A DNA stretch of 32,000 bases. Source: Opitutia bacterium KCR 482 (lineage in GTDB: Bacteria; Verrucomicrobiota; Verrucomicrobiia; Opitutales; Intestinicryptomonadaceae). Within the stretch, counting starts at the first letter, position 1; every line of letters begins with the position of its first letter. The DNA lies in NCBI GenBank assembly GCA_029269845.2, contig CP149973.1, positions 1 to 32,000 of the forward strand, read 5' to 3'. Under the pieces are notes generated by a model. It was not told where the DNA came from. It did not search any database and saw only the letters and a list, made by a program, of their open reading frames with translations. The position numbers were made by a program, and so were the translations under genes. Positions 8,601-15,873 of the stretch are shown here, piece after piece.

Positions 8601-9084
8601 CGGGAATCGGAAGCCCGCCCTCCGCGACGTGGAAGACGCCCGATGTCGTGCGCCTGTCGTTTTGCGGGTTGTTGAGAATGCCCTGACGCACCCTGAACGA
8701 CTGCACGACTGAGTTTTGGTACATGTCGGAGTCGGGCGGCATGGAGAGCGTGCGCGCCGTGCCGAAATGGTCGAGCACAAAAGTTTTGTGCGGCAGGCTG
8801 GGCACGGGTTCGCGCTCGTCCATCACGTCTTCGAGGTAGGACTCTATGAACTCCATAATCCGCAGGTCGGACGGGCAGTAGATTTTAGACGAAAGTTTTG
8901 CGAACTCCCTGTAATTTTCGAGCAGCGGTTTTGCGAGTTCGAGAACCGGATAGTTCGATTCGTCGCCGAAAACGGGCTCGCCCGCAGCCGACAACCTCAT
9001 GTTTACGTATTCGAAAAGCGCGTCGCCTCCGACTTCGTTTTCGCCGGAGTCGGGATTGATTCCGAGAGTTGCTCTATAATCCAT
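5635..9084 (-). CDS. Large cytosolic enzyme, probable PPi-dependent phosphoenolpyruvate carboxykinase (PPi-PEPCK family)
   Basis: The uninterrupted ORF gives 1149 aa from the ATG at 9084 (MDYRATLG..). The size, lack of a signal peptide and conserved-looking blocks (RRTTSGVFHVAEGGLPIPDDK, HKPATVSGGGKSEISK, LELPELFMEYIASMTGKSPST, DGWLSSTGYLGPK) match my recollection of the ~130-kDa PPi-PEPCK family of Propionibacterium and Entamoeba. I could not verify this by alignment. That it is a CDS is near certain. The function is moderately confident. Confidence 0.6.
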   Translation of the reverse strand: MDYRATLGINPDSGENEVGGDALFEYVNMRLSAAGEPVFGDESNYPVLELAKPLLENYREFAKLSSKIYCPSDLRIMEFIESYLEDVMDEREPVPSLPHKTFVLDHFGTARTLSMPPDSDMYQNSVVQSFRVRQGILNNPQNDRRTTSGVFHVAEGGLPIPDDKKAVPKIVFKNMWKKAFEASDDILELPITSTQKNKARTWVSLFLRPIVCPEIPNVSKAKTMEIRFFAPGGLVSNLDFVESIFGNGGNPYLEKNDSYRQYDSWTGNTGCIVLAPYLTKLTKKELGLPKFEDATDRQKRDGMCWKDESEIYNDGKPFKLTARDSSGVIVTLLADNYFGYSKKEIKTQISFAANMYGQCEEEHSGGATAFASRDLGEDFWLKSYAPNTRSKFSELVELLGDRIEVFDDGWARDKKYPDVIYVDQDSYFSLKTQTVTWEKNGEQKSIKLLPHITYISPAGYKVEMARPHESRRWRLVGTVEEGMYCHKPATVSGGGKSEISKDISDAIIHGPSIVADFKKDIALVEEIINKNYGSRNKDPSQNKGENSRKILDSRRTMGSVVKLLTPSDDFTDEYNKWVESIPFYIREIVLTVKRHYRPEWEGKWQDKFTVDTINGTSGNTLKYKNANVLTSYLRIGFTEDGSWRTFSLRKDFAPSVKLQMEDDITSSVVVARSSVDYLPDYMSKKPKASVKFTENCEYRLFQRPDEAVVRGYDKRAESDMSKKGVFFSNYEPLDRPQVQEMAEDVLRFDKFTAPMRENLEHFLKEPKPDYVVCSANPRLVNGAPSKNVRYLQNRDDIVNKRKYYVANVGMRLARHIPLDKTVPHPVCAVISGRRNNPAGDGIRSLAVHGPMHYLELPELFMEYIASMTGKSPSTVGAGLEGAMTKAPFNALCPITDLNNALVSFALTEYDGWLSSTGYLGPKYRIDHDISLLVPEIWSRMKPDELRPEKLIEDGMLERCKDFEYKGKKVLASRLGWRITDEFVKRFFGRIFSTPASIFTPDMLRPELQDMETFVDGMDNMAGAHKRAAEMYFNDGSIEGACPPLKALLHIMKDGNYEGKTLEDESIRKMFTFESVINSEWYAERLITRQQIEVNHLQTVLANLQSLPAEEKTPQTATEIESVKARIKSVKSMGYLKSLAGTLGADPFVL

Positions 9085-9241
9085 AAAAACTAAAAAAATC
9101 AAGGCGCATGTTATAAGCAAAGCACGCCACTTCAAGCGAATTTTTGCGCCTTGCGGCAATAATTTTCCGTCCGAATTTCCTCCGAAATTTTCGCGGTTTT
9201 TTGCCGCAATTTGCTCAAACGCCCGCGTATATTATCGGACG

Positions 9242-9275
9242 AAAAAAAAATCCCGAAAACGCAATGTTTTCGGGA
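9242..9275 (-). terminator. Rho-independent terminator after the TIM-barrel gene
   Basis: On the - strand: TCCCGAAAAC-N5-GTTTTCGGGA (10-bp stem) followed by T9, 28 nt after the stop at 9303. Confidence 0.85.
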
Positions 9276-9302
9276 TTCCGCTTCTCGGATTTTTTCGGAA
9301 GT

Positions 9303-10256
9303 CTACGCGACGTCGATTTCGCGGTACGCCCGCAGAACCTTTTCGTCGCCCGCTTCGGACTTGTCGCTTTGCAGGTGTTCCGCGCCGTAGATGCCTCGGT
9401 AGCCCTTGTCGTGGATATGTTTAATCAGGACTTTGTAGTTGATTTCTCCCGAAAGCGGCTCGGTGCGGTTGGGAACGTCGCCGAGGTGGTAGTAGGCGAT
9501 TTCGTCCCATGCGGCGTCGATGTTGCGGATAAGGCTGCCCTCCGTGTTCTGCTGGTGGAAAACGTCGAAGAGGATTTTGCACGACGGGCTGTTTACCGCC
9601 TTGCAAATCATGTACGCGTCGGAGGTTTTTTGCAGCCAAAGACCGGGGTGCGCCGTGAACGAAAGCGGTTCGAGCACCATTATAAGCCCCGACTTCTCGC
9701 AGATTTCGGCGGCGTATTTGAGCTGTTCTACGACGTTCGCCATCTGGTAGGACTGTTCCAGCGAAAGGTCGGTATTGCCGATTACGACCGTCGTCCACTT
9801 TGCGTTGATTTCCTTGCCGATTTCGACGGTTTTCTTTGCCTCGGCCTTGATTCTTTCAATCGCCGCCTGTTTGTCGGGACGCGCCCCGCGCTTGTCGCTT
9901 TTGCAGGCGGTAAGCCACTTCCCGCCGCCTATCGACGACGTGAACACGCCGAAGTCCATGCCCAATTTTGCGATGCGGTCGGCAAGAGCCCTGCGCTTTT
10001 CGGGGGCGTATTTCATCATGTCGTTGTCTTCCATTGCGCGGAAGCCCTGGTCGTACCAGAAGTCGATTTTGTCTACGTCGGAAAGTCCCTTAGTGAGGTG
10101 GGGGCAGAGGTTTGTCCACTTGTAGATGTTAGCTGCGAATTTGCATTTGAAGGGCTTTGCGCCTTTTGCGCCGCCCGAGGCTTTTGCCGACGCGCCGATA
10201 ACCGACGCGCCCAATATCGCGCCGAGCGTCTGTTTTGAGAATGTTCTTCTGGTCAT
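9303..10256 (-). CDS. Tat-exported xylose-isomerase-like TIM-barrel protein (hydroxypyruvate isomerase / sugar-phosphate isomerase-epimerase family)
   Basis: 317 aa. The twin-arginine signal is MTRRTFSKQTLGAILGASVIGASA. The body resembles AP-endonuclease-2/xylose-isomerase-like TIM barrels (..VLEPLS.., ..ILFDVFHQQ.., ..GYRGIYGAEH..). Confidence 0.7.
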   Translation of the reverse strand: MTRRTFSKQTLGAILGASVIGASAKASGGAKGAKPFKCKFAANIYKWTNLCPHLTKGLSDVDKIDFWYDQGFRAMEDNDMMKYAPEKRRALADRIAKLGMDFGVFTSSIGGGKWLTACKSDKRGARPDKQAAIERIKAEAKKTVEIGKEINAKWTTVVIGNTDLSLEQSYQMANVVEQLKYAAEICEKSGLIMVLEPLSFTAHPGLWLQKTSDAYMICKAVNSPSCKILFDVFHQQNTEGSLIRNIDAAWDEIAYYHLGDVPNRTEPLSGEINYKVLIKHIHDKGYRGIYGAEHLQSDKSEAGDEKVLRAYREIDVA

Positions 10257-10279
10257 TGTGTTGATGTAGGTTTGTGTTG

Positions 10280-10299
10280 CGCGGATTTCCGAATCCGCG
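10280..10299. other. GC-rich hairpin CGCGGATT-TCCG-AATCCGCG between mnmA and the TIM-barrel gene
   Basis: Perfect 8-bp stem with no adjacent T-run. It could be an RNA-stability or processing element, or a weak terminator. Confidence 0.35.
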
Positions 10300-10316
10300 G
10301 AGTGAAAGTTCGGAGA

Positions 10317-11420
10317 CTATTTTTTGGAATTTTTAAAGTCAATATAAATTCCGCCGCCGAGGATTACCGACGGGTCGGAATCGTGAATGGCGAGCACTTG
10401 ACCGCCCGCGATTGCCCGCTGGGGCTTCTCGAATTCCACCCTTGCGCGGTTGTCGGGAAGCGGCGTGAAGAGCACCTTTACGAGGTCGTCGCGGTATCGC
10501 ACGCGGGCGTAGATTTCGCGCGGCTCCAAAATCGGCTTGTTAATCCAGTTGATTTCGTCGATTTCAGCGGACGCGCGCCAGAGGTCGGGGGCGTCGGGGG
10601 CGTCGAAGGCAACGACAAGCTCGTTTTTCTCGAAATTTTTTGCCACCACTACATACCTCTTGCCCTCGGCGTTCGACGGCACGCCTATTCCCTTGCGCTG
10701 CCCGATTGTGTAGTTGAACAGCCCCGTGTGGCGTCCGAGCACCTTGCCCGACGGATTCACGATGTTGCCGTCGCTTTCGGGAATGTAGTGTTTGAGGAAG
10801 TCCTGAATTTTGATTTTTCCGAGGAAGCAGATTCCCTGGCTGTCCTTTTTTTCGGCGTTCGGCAGCCCGTTCATGCGGGCGATGTCGCGCACTTCGCTTT
10901 TGAGCAGCGAGCCTATCGGGAACATTGCGTGTTGCAGCTGCCGCTGGGTAATCATGCAGAGGAAGTACGACTGGTCCTTGCTTGGGTCGGCGGCTTGCAC
11001 GAGGTCGCGCGAGCCGTCGGGGTTCTCGCGCAGCGAGCAGTAGTGCCCCGTGGCGACGCGCCCGAAGCCGCGTTTTTCGGCGTAGTCGAGAAACTTTCCG
11101 AACTTCATTCTGCGGTTGCACATCACGTCGGGGTTGGGTGTCAGCCCGCACCTGTACCCGTCTACGAGGTATTCGACGATTTCCCTGTGGTACTCCTCTA
11201 TGAAATCGACCACTTCGAACTCCACTCCCAAGTGCTCGGCGACCGCGCGGCAGTCGAGAATGTCCCGATGCCACGGGCAGTCTCCGAAAACGTCGATTCC
11301 CTCCTCGTTCACCCACGTTTTCATGTAGGCGGCGGAAACGTCCTCCCCCTGCTGGCGGAGCATTGTGAGTGCGACGGAGCTGTCCACGCCGCCCGAAAGG
11401 GCTGTCATTATCCTGCTCAT
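10317..11420 (-). CDS. mnmA: tRNA-specific 2-thiouridylase MnmA
   Basis: PP-loop motif ALSGGVDSS, then ..CPWHRD.., ..GHY.., ..DQSYFL.. and the C-terminal beta-barrel region. I prefer the ATG at 11420 because it forms an ATGA overlap with the upstream gene's stop. The ORF-track start at 11438 is GTG. An ATG at 11408 is also possible. Confidence 0.93.
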   Translation of the reverse strand: MSRIMTALSGGVDSSVALTMLRQQGEDVSAAYMKTWVNEEGIDVFGDCPWHRDILDCRAVAEHLGVEFEVVDFIEEYHREIVEYLVDGYRCGLTPNPDVMCNRRMKFGKFLDYAEKRGFGRVATGHYCSLRENPDGSRDLVQAADPSKDQSYFLCMITQRQLQHAMFPIGSLLKSEVRDIARMNGLPNAEKKDSQGICFLGKIKIQDFLKHYIPESDGNIVNPSGKVLGRHTGLFNYTIGQRKGIGVPSNAEGKRYVVVAKNFEKNELVVAFDAPDAPDLWRASAEIDEINWINKPILEPREIYARVRYRDDLVKVLFTPLPDNRARVEFEKPQRAIAGGQVLAIHDSDPSVILGGGIYIDFKNSKK

Positions 11421-12967
11421 TTCGAATTTTTGTACCACGACGCCGTTATGGCGTAGCGTTTGATTTTGTAGTTTATCACGCGTTCGGTGAGGTTGAGTTT
11501 GCGGGCGGCGGCGGCGGCGTTGCCCCTGTTGGCTTTGAGAGCCTCGGTTATAAGCTCGCGCTCGAACGACGCCACCATCGAGTTGAAGTCCACGTCCTCC
11601 CCGTAGGGAGCGGGTTTGTCCATGTAGCCCGCGCGGACGGCGGGGGTAAGGTTGTAGCCCGAAATCGCGGAGTCGTTCGACGACATCACCGCGCGCTCGA
11701 TACAGTTTTCAAGCTCGCGCACGTTCCCCGGCCAAGTGTAGACGGTCATCATGTTGATTGCGGGCGTTGAAATGCGCTTGATGTTTTTGCCGTAGATTTT
11801 GTTGTATTTTTCAAGAAAGTGCTCGGCAAGGAGCACGATGTCGCTTTTTCTGTCGCGCAGGGCGGGGAGGTGGACGGTGTTTTTTGAAAGCGCAAGGTAG
11901 AGCTTTTTGTCGAAGCCGTTTTGCTCGACCGATTTTTCGAGGTCGGCGCACGATGCGCAGATAAGGCGGGCTTTCCCCGCGGCGTCGGTCGAGCCGTTGA
12001 TTCTCCTGAATCTGCCCGTGGAAATGTATTCCGCAAGAAGCTTCTGGGCGGCGGGCGAAATTTCCGCGATTTCGTCGAGAAACACCGTTCCCCCCTTTTC
12101 GAGAAGCCCCTCCTTGCCGAAGTGCGCGTTTGCAAATGCGTCCTTTTCGAAGCCGAAGATTTCGCCCACAAGCGCGTAGTCGGGCAATGCCGCGCAGTTT
12201 ACCACCGAAAACGGCTCTCCGCCGATTGCCCTTGCCACAAGCTCCTTGCCCGTGCCCGATTTTCCGCGTATCAGCACGGGCTTGTGCTGGCGCGAGAACC
12301 GCGCAATCGCCTCGTACACAATCTGCATCGCCCCGCAGTTGCCCAAGATGTTCGGCGGGCGCATGAGGGTTGTGCTAAGTTCCAGTTTAAGCCGCCTGTT
12401 TTCGTCGAGAAGCTTGTTGCGCTCCTCGTGCTTTAAGTAGATGAGCGCGACGGCGTCGGCGAGAATGTTGGCGACGGTTTCGAGCAGTTCGAGGTCGCGG
12501 TCGAGGTCGGCTTTTTTTGGCAGTTTGCGGTCTATGCTGAGAGTGCCGATGACCTGCTCTATGTAGATAATGGGCACGCAGACGAACGCGATTCCTTCGA
12601 GCGATTCTCCGCGGGTTTTCGTGCGGTCGAGAAATTCTGGGCTTTTTGAAATGTCCCTGATTACAACCGACTTCCCCTCCGCAGCCACGCGCCCCGTGAC
12701 GCCCTCGCCCATTTTGTAGACGCCGCGCTTTATGGATTCGTCGTCCATGCCGTGCGACGCCTCTATAAAGAGATAGTCTCCGTCGCGCAGGGTGATTGTG
12801 CCGCGCAGAAGCCCCATTTCGCGGTCGAGAATTTCGAGGGTTTCGGCGATAAGCTCCGAGACGTTTTTTCTTCGCACCACCGCTCGGCTTATTTTGTGCA
12901 GCACCGACATTTCGAGGTCGTCGTATCGAATCTCGTTTTCGATGTCCTGTGCCGTCTTTTTTGCCAT
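11417..12967 (-). CDS. GAF - AAA+ (sigma-54-interaction-like) - Fis-type HTH transcriptional regulator with NifA-like architecture and atypical motifs
   Basis: 516 aa. The N-terminal GAF domain is ..GEGVTGRVAAEGKSVVIRDI...FVCVPI... Walker A is GKSGTGKE and Walker B is VFLDEI. WPGNVRELEN is present. The C-terminal HTH is GNAAAAARKLNLTERVINYKIKRY. The GAFTGA loop reads DAFANA (nt 12125-12142) and the R-finger region reads FDKKLYLAL. Confidence 0.85.
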   Translation of the reverse strand: MAKKTAQDIENEIRYDDLEMSVLHKISRAVVRRKNVSELIAETLEILDREMGLLRGTITLRDGDYLFIEASHGMDDESIKRGVYKMGEGVTGRVAAEGKSVVIRDISKSPEFLDRTKTRGESLEGIAFVCVPIIYIEQVIGTLSIDRKLPKKADLDRDLELLETVANILADAVALIYLKHEERNKLLDENRRLKLELSTTLMRPPNILGNCGAMQIVYEAIARFSRQHKPVLIRGKSGTGKELVARAIGGEPFSVVNCAALPDYALVGEIFGFEKDAFANAHFGKEGLLEKGGTVFLDEIAEISPAAQKLLAEYISTGRFRRINGSTDAAGKARLICASCADLEKSVEQNGFDKKLYLALSKNTVHLPALRDRKSDIVLLAEHFLEKYNKIYGKNIKRISTPAINMMTVYTWPGNVRELENCIERAVMSSNDSAISGYNLTPAVRAGYMDKPAPYGEDVDFNSMVASFERELITEALKANRGNAAAAARKLNLTERVINYKIKRYAITASWYKNSK

Positions 12968-13074
12968 ATTCGTCCATTTATTTCACGGAATCGGCGGCGT
13001 TTCAACAATAAATTCGGGCGGGCGGAAGCAAAAAAAACTTGTATCGACGGCAAGGCGGAATAGTCTTGGGGAAA

Positions 13075-14220
13075 ATGAGTGAAGCTTACCAAGTCATAGC
13101 GCGCAGATACCGCCCGAAACAGTTTTCGGAACTCGTCGGGCAGGAGCATATCGTAAAGACCCTCACCAACGCGATAGAGTCGGGGAGGATTGGGCACGCG
13201 TACCTTTTCGTCGGTCCGAGGGGCACGGGTAAAACGACGGTCGCCAGACTTTTCGCAAAAGCCCTCAACGCAAAGGGCGGCCCGAATATCCACCCAGACG
13301 ACAACGACGAAATCTCCCGCGCAATCATGGACGGCTCGTGCATGGACGTCGTGGAAATCGACGGCGCGTCGAACCGCTCGATTGACGAAATCCGCAATCT
13401 CCGCGAGGAGTGCCGCTACGCCCCTGCGCAGTGCACCTATAAAATCTACATTATCGACGAAGTCCACTCGCTGACCCCCGACGCATTCAACGCCCTTCTG
13501 AAAACGCTCGAAGAGCCGCCCGCGCACGTCAAATTCATTTTCGCTACGACAGAGGCCCACAAGGTTTTGGGCACAATAACGTCGCGCTGCCAACGTTTCG
13601 AATTCCGACCGATTCCCGAAAATCTCATCGCAAACCACCTTGCGGAAATCGCGAAGAAAGAGGAAATCTCCGCGACGCCAGAGGCGCTGGCGGCAATAGC
13701 GCGGCTCGCAAACGGCGGCATGCGCGACGCCCAGAGCATTCTCGACCAGATGATTTCTTTCTGCGGGCGCACGCTCGACGTCTCCGACGTAATCGGCGTC
13801 TACGGATTGGCGTCGGACGCGCAGATTTCGGGGCTTGTGGAAAACATGGCAAAGGGCGACTATTCCGCGGTGGTGAAGTCTGTGGACGAGCTTGTCAACG
13901 GCGGCTGCGACCTCTACCGCGCCTTGTGCGACATGCAAAACTATGTCCGCAATTCGATGATGGAGTCCTTCTCTACGGGCTACAAGGAGTTCGGCGGCAA
14001 ACGCCTTTCGAGCGAGCAGATGATGCGCATGCTCGACGTGCTTCAAAACGCCGAAAAGGGACTGAAAAACGGGCTTTCCGAAAAGGCGAACTTCGAGGTC
14101 GCGCTCCTGAAAGCCGTCGAGCAGAGCAGGGCGCGGGCGATAAACACGCTCATCAAGGAACTTGAAAAACTTTCGAACGCCCCCGTCGAAGTTCAAAAAA
14201 AAAATAGCCCTTCTGCTTAG
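13075..14220 (+). CDS. dnaX: DNA polymerase III subunit gamma/tau, zero-frame product (gamma-like, 381 aa)
   Basis: The sequence runs [27 protein letters not shown].., with P-loop [13 protein letters not shown] box IIDEVHSLT and SRC motif TSRCQRF. The reading frame stops 5 codons after an A10 run. Confidence 0.93.
   Translation: MSEAYQVIARRYRPKQFSELVGQEHIVKTLTNAIESGRIGHAYLFVGPRGTGKTTVARLFAKALNAKGGPNIHPDDNDEISRAIMDGSCMDVVEIDGASNRSIDEIRNLREECRYAPAQCTYKIYIIDEVHSLTPDAFNALLKTLEEPPAHVKFIFATTEAHKVLGTITSRCQRFEFRPIPENLIANHLAEIAKKEEISATPEALAAIARLANGGMRDAQSILDQMISFCGRTLDVSDVIGVYGLASDAQISGLVENMAKGDYSAVVKSVDELVNGGCDLYRALCDMQNYVRNSMMESFSTGYKEFGGKRLSSEQMMRMLDVLQNAEKGLKNGLSEKANFEVALLKAVEQSRARAINTLIKELEKLSNAPVEVQKKNSPSA
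14195..14204 (+). other. A10 homopolymer: candidate slippery/recoding site in dnaX, or a site of assembly indel
   Basis: The zero frame reads GTT CAA AAA AAA AAT AGC CCT TCT GCT TAG. The -1 frame hits TAG at 14205-14207. The +1 frame stays open to 14539. Confidence 0.6.
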
Positions 14221-14539
14221 GGAGGTTTTGAAGGAGTCGCGCGACTTCGCCCGCGCATACGCGGCGGCGGTCGAACGCGCCCCGAAGGTCAAAAAATTCG
14301 CGCCGCCCACGGAGGAGCGCAAGGCGGTTGTGTACCAGTCGAACACGGCGGAGTTCGAGGCGGCGTTGGGCAAAATTTCGAAAGGGCTTCTGGCTGTGCT
14401 CGATTCGCAGTTCGGAAGCAAGCCGCAGTCGCTTGTTGTGGGCGGCATAAAAGATGAGCGTTCGGCGGAAAAGTCCGACGACGCCGCAATCGAGGACGAA
14501 TCCGTTTTGCGGATTTTCGAAGAGGAGGATTCTGAATAA
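14195..14539 (+). CDS. dnaX: dnaX C-terminal (tau-like) extension encoded in the +1 frame relative to the dnaX body
   Basis: The frame is open from inside the A-run ([14 protein letters not shown]...[11 protein letters not shown]). Third-position GC bias looks coding-like. Its TAA overlaps the rmuC ATG (TAATG at 14537-14541). Fusing it to the body would give a protein of about 487 aa. Confidence 0.6.
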   Translation, partial: KKKIALLLREVLKESRDFARAYAAAVERAPKVKKFAPPTEERKAVVYQSNTAEFEAALGKISKGLLAVLDSQFGSKPQSLVVGGIKDERSAEKSDDAAIEDESVLRIFEEEDSE

Positions 14540-15873
14540 TGGAACATGCTTTTATTTTGTTTTTCGCCGCGCTTGCCGCAATCGGGATTGCTTTCGGCGT
14601 TTGGAGGTGGCTGTCTGTCTCCCGCAACGCGAAGCGGCTTGCCGAAAACTCGGAGCGCGCTGCGGAGATGCTTGCGCGGCTCGCCTCCGAAACCGCCCGC
14701 GCCGACGCCGTGCTTGCCGAAAATTCCGAATTGAAGACGGAACGCGCCGCGCTCATAGAATCGAAAATCGCGGCGGAAAAAAAGCTCTCCGCCGCCGAGG
14801 AACGCGCCGCCGCGCTCGCCGAGCGCATCGCAAACCGCGCCGAGGAGGAACGCGCCTTGCGCGAGAAATTCGCGGCGGATTTCGAAAACCTTTCGAACAG
14901 AATCTTCGAAACCGCCCGCGGCAAAATGACCGCGGCGAACGCCGAGCAGGTCGGCATGGTTCTCGCGCCGCTAAAAAGCAGCCTCGGCGAGTTCCGCGAG
15001 CGCGTCGAAAAACTCAACGAAACGAGCGCGCGCAACAACGCGTCGATGGGGGCGCAGATAGAGTCGCTGCTGAAAATGAACACGCAGCTCGGCGACGAAG
15101 CCCGCAACCTGACGGCTGCGTTGCGCTCCAACAACAAAGTTGCGGGCAACTGGGGCGAGGCGGTTTTGGCGCGAATCTTCGAGTCTTGCGGCTTCATGGA
15201 GGGCATACATTTCCGCTCGCAGAAAAGCTACGCCGACACGCAGGGCGAGCAAAAACGCCTTATGCCCGACTACGTTGTGTATCTGCCGGACTCGCGCTCC
15301 GTCGTTGTGGACTCAAAACTCTCGCTTCCCGATTTCGTAGACTACTGCTCCGCCTCCGACGCCTCCGCAAAGCGCGCGGCGTTGACGAAATTCAAAAAAT
15401 CCGTGCGCGAGCACCTCAACGAATTCGCTAAAAAATACAACGATTTGCCCGATATTACCTGCGGGTTCAAGGTTATGTTCGTGCCCGTCGAGGGCGCGTA
15501 CAGCCTCATTGTCGAGGAGGACAAAACGCTTATCGCCGACGCCTACGCCGCAAACGTGCTCGTCGCCGGCCCTTCGGAAATCATGACCGTTTTGAAGTTC
15601 GCCGAAATCGCCTACCGCAACGAGGCGTTCGCAAAAAATCTCCGCGAAATCTGCAATGTGGGACGCCTTTTGCACGAGCGCGTCGAGCTTTTCTCCAAAC
15701 GCTTCGAGCAGCTCGGAAACAAGATAACGACCCTCCAAAAGGACTACGACGACACCCGCAAAACGCTGTCGCAGGGCGGGCGGAGCGTGCTCGACACCGC
15801 GAAAAGATTTATCGAAAAATCAAAGAACGCAAACATCGACTTTGAAGAAAGCGAGCCAGAAAATGAGCGATGA
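14539..15873 (+). CDS. rmuC: DNA recombination protein RmuC
   Basis: 444 aa. It has an N-terminal TM helix (FILFFAALAAIGIAFGVW), a long Ala/Glu-rich coiled coil, and the RmuC core ..GNWGEAVLARIFE..RLMPDYVVYLPDSRSVVVDSKLSL.. Confidence 0.88.
   Translation: MEHAFILFFAALAAIGIAFGVWRWLSVSRNAKRLAENSERAAEMLARLASETARADAVLAENSELKTERAALIESKIAAEKKLSAAEERAAALAERIANRAEEERALREKFAADFENLSNRIFETARGKMTAANAEQVGMVLAPLKSSLGEFRERVEKLNETSARNNASMGAQIESLLKMNTQLGDEARNLTAALRSNNKVAGNWGEAVLARIFESCGFMEGIHFRSQKSYADTQGEQKRLMPDYVVYLPDSRSVVVDSKLSLPDFVDYCSASDASAKRAALTKFKKSVREHLNEFAKKYNDLPDITCGFKVMFVPVEGAYSLIVEEDKTLIADAYAANVLVAGPSEIMTVLKFAEIAYRNEAFAKNLREICNVGRLLHERVELFSKRFEQLGNKITTLQKDYDDTRKTLSQGGRSVLDTAKRFIEKSKNANIDFEESEPENER

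Noticed and set aside
9085-9159. N-terminal 25-codon extension of the PEPCK-like ORF (MPQGAKIRLKWRALLITCALIFLVF).
   Set aside because: A hydrophobic extension is unexpected on a cytosolic enzyme. The ATG at 9084 gives a length of 1149 aa, consistent with the family as I remember it. It remains a possible alternative start.
5810-11456. Other long shadow ORFs: 5810-6769 (-), 6304-7347 (+), 7996-8712 (+), 8100-8780 (-), 9144-10238 (+) and 10272-11456 (+).
   Set aside because: The reasoning is the same. They are antisense or out of frame relative to the PEPCK-like, TIM-barrel and mnmA genes, and their composition is biased toward Arg, Val and Ala.
12889-14547. 552-aa ORF on the - strand antisense to dnaX.
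   Set aside because: It lies antisense to a gene with unmistakable DnaX motifs. Its sequence is low-complexity and lacks a plausible start context.
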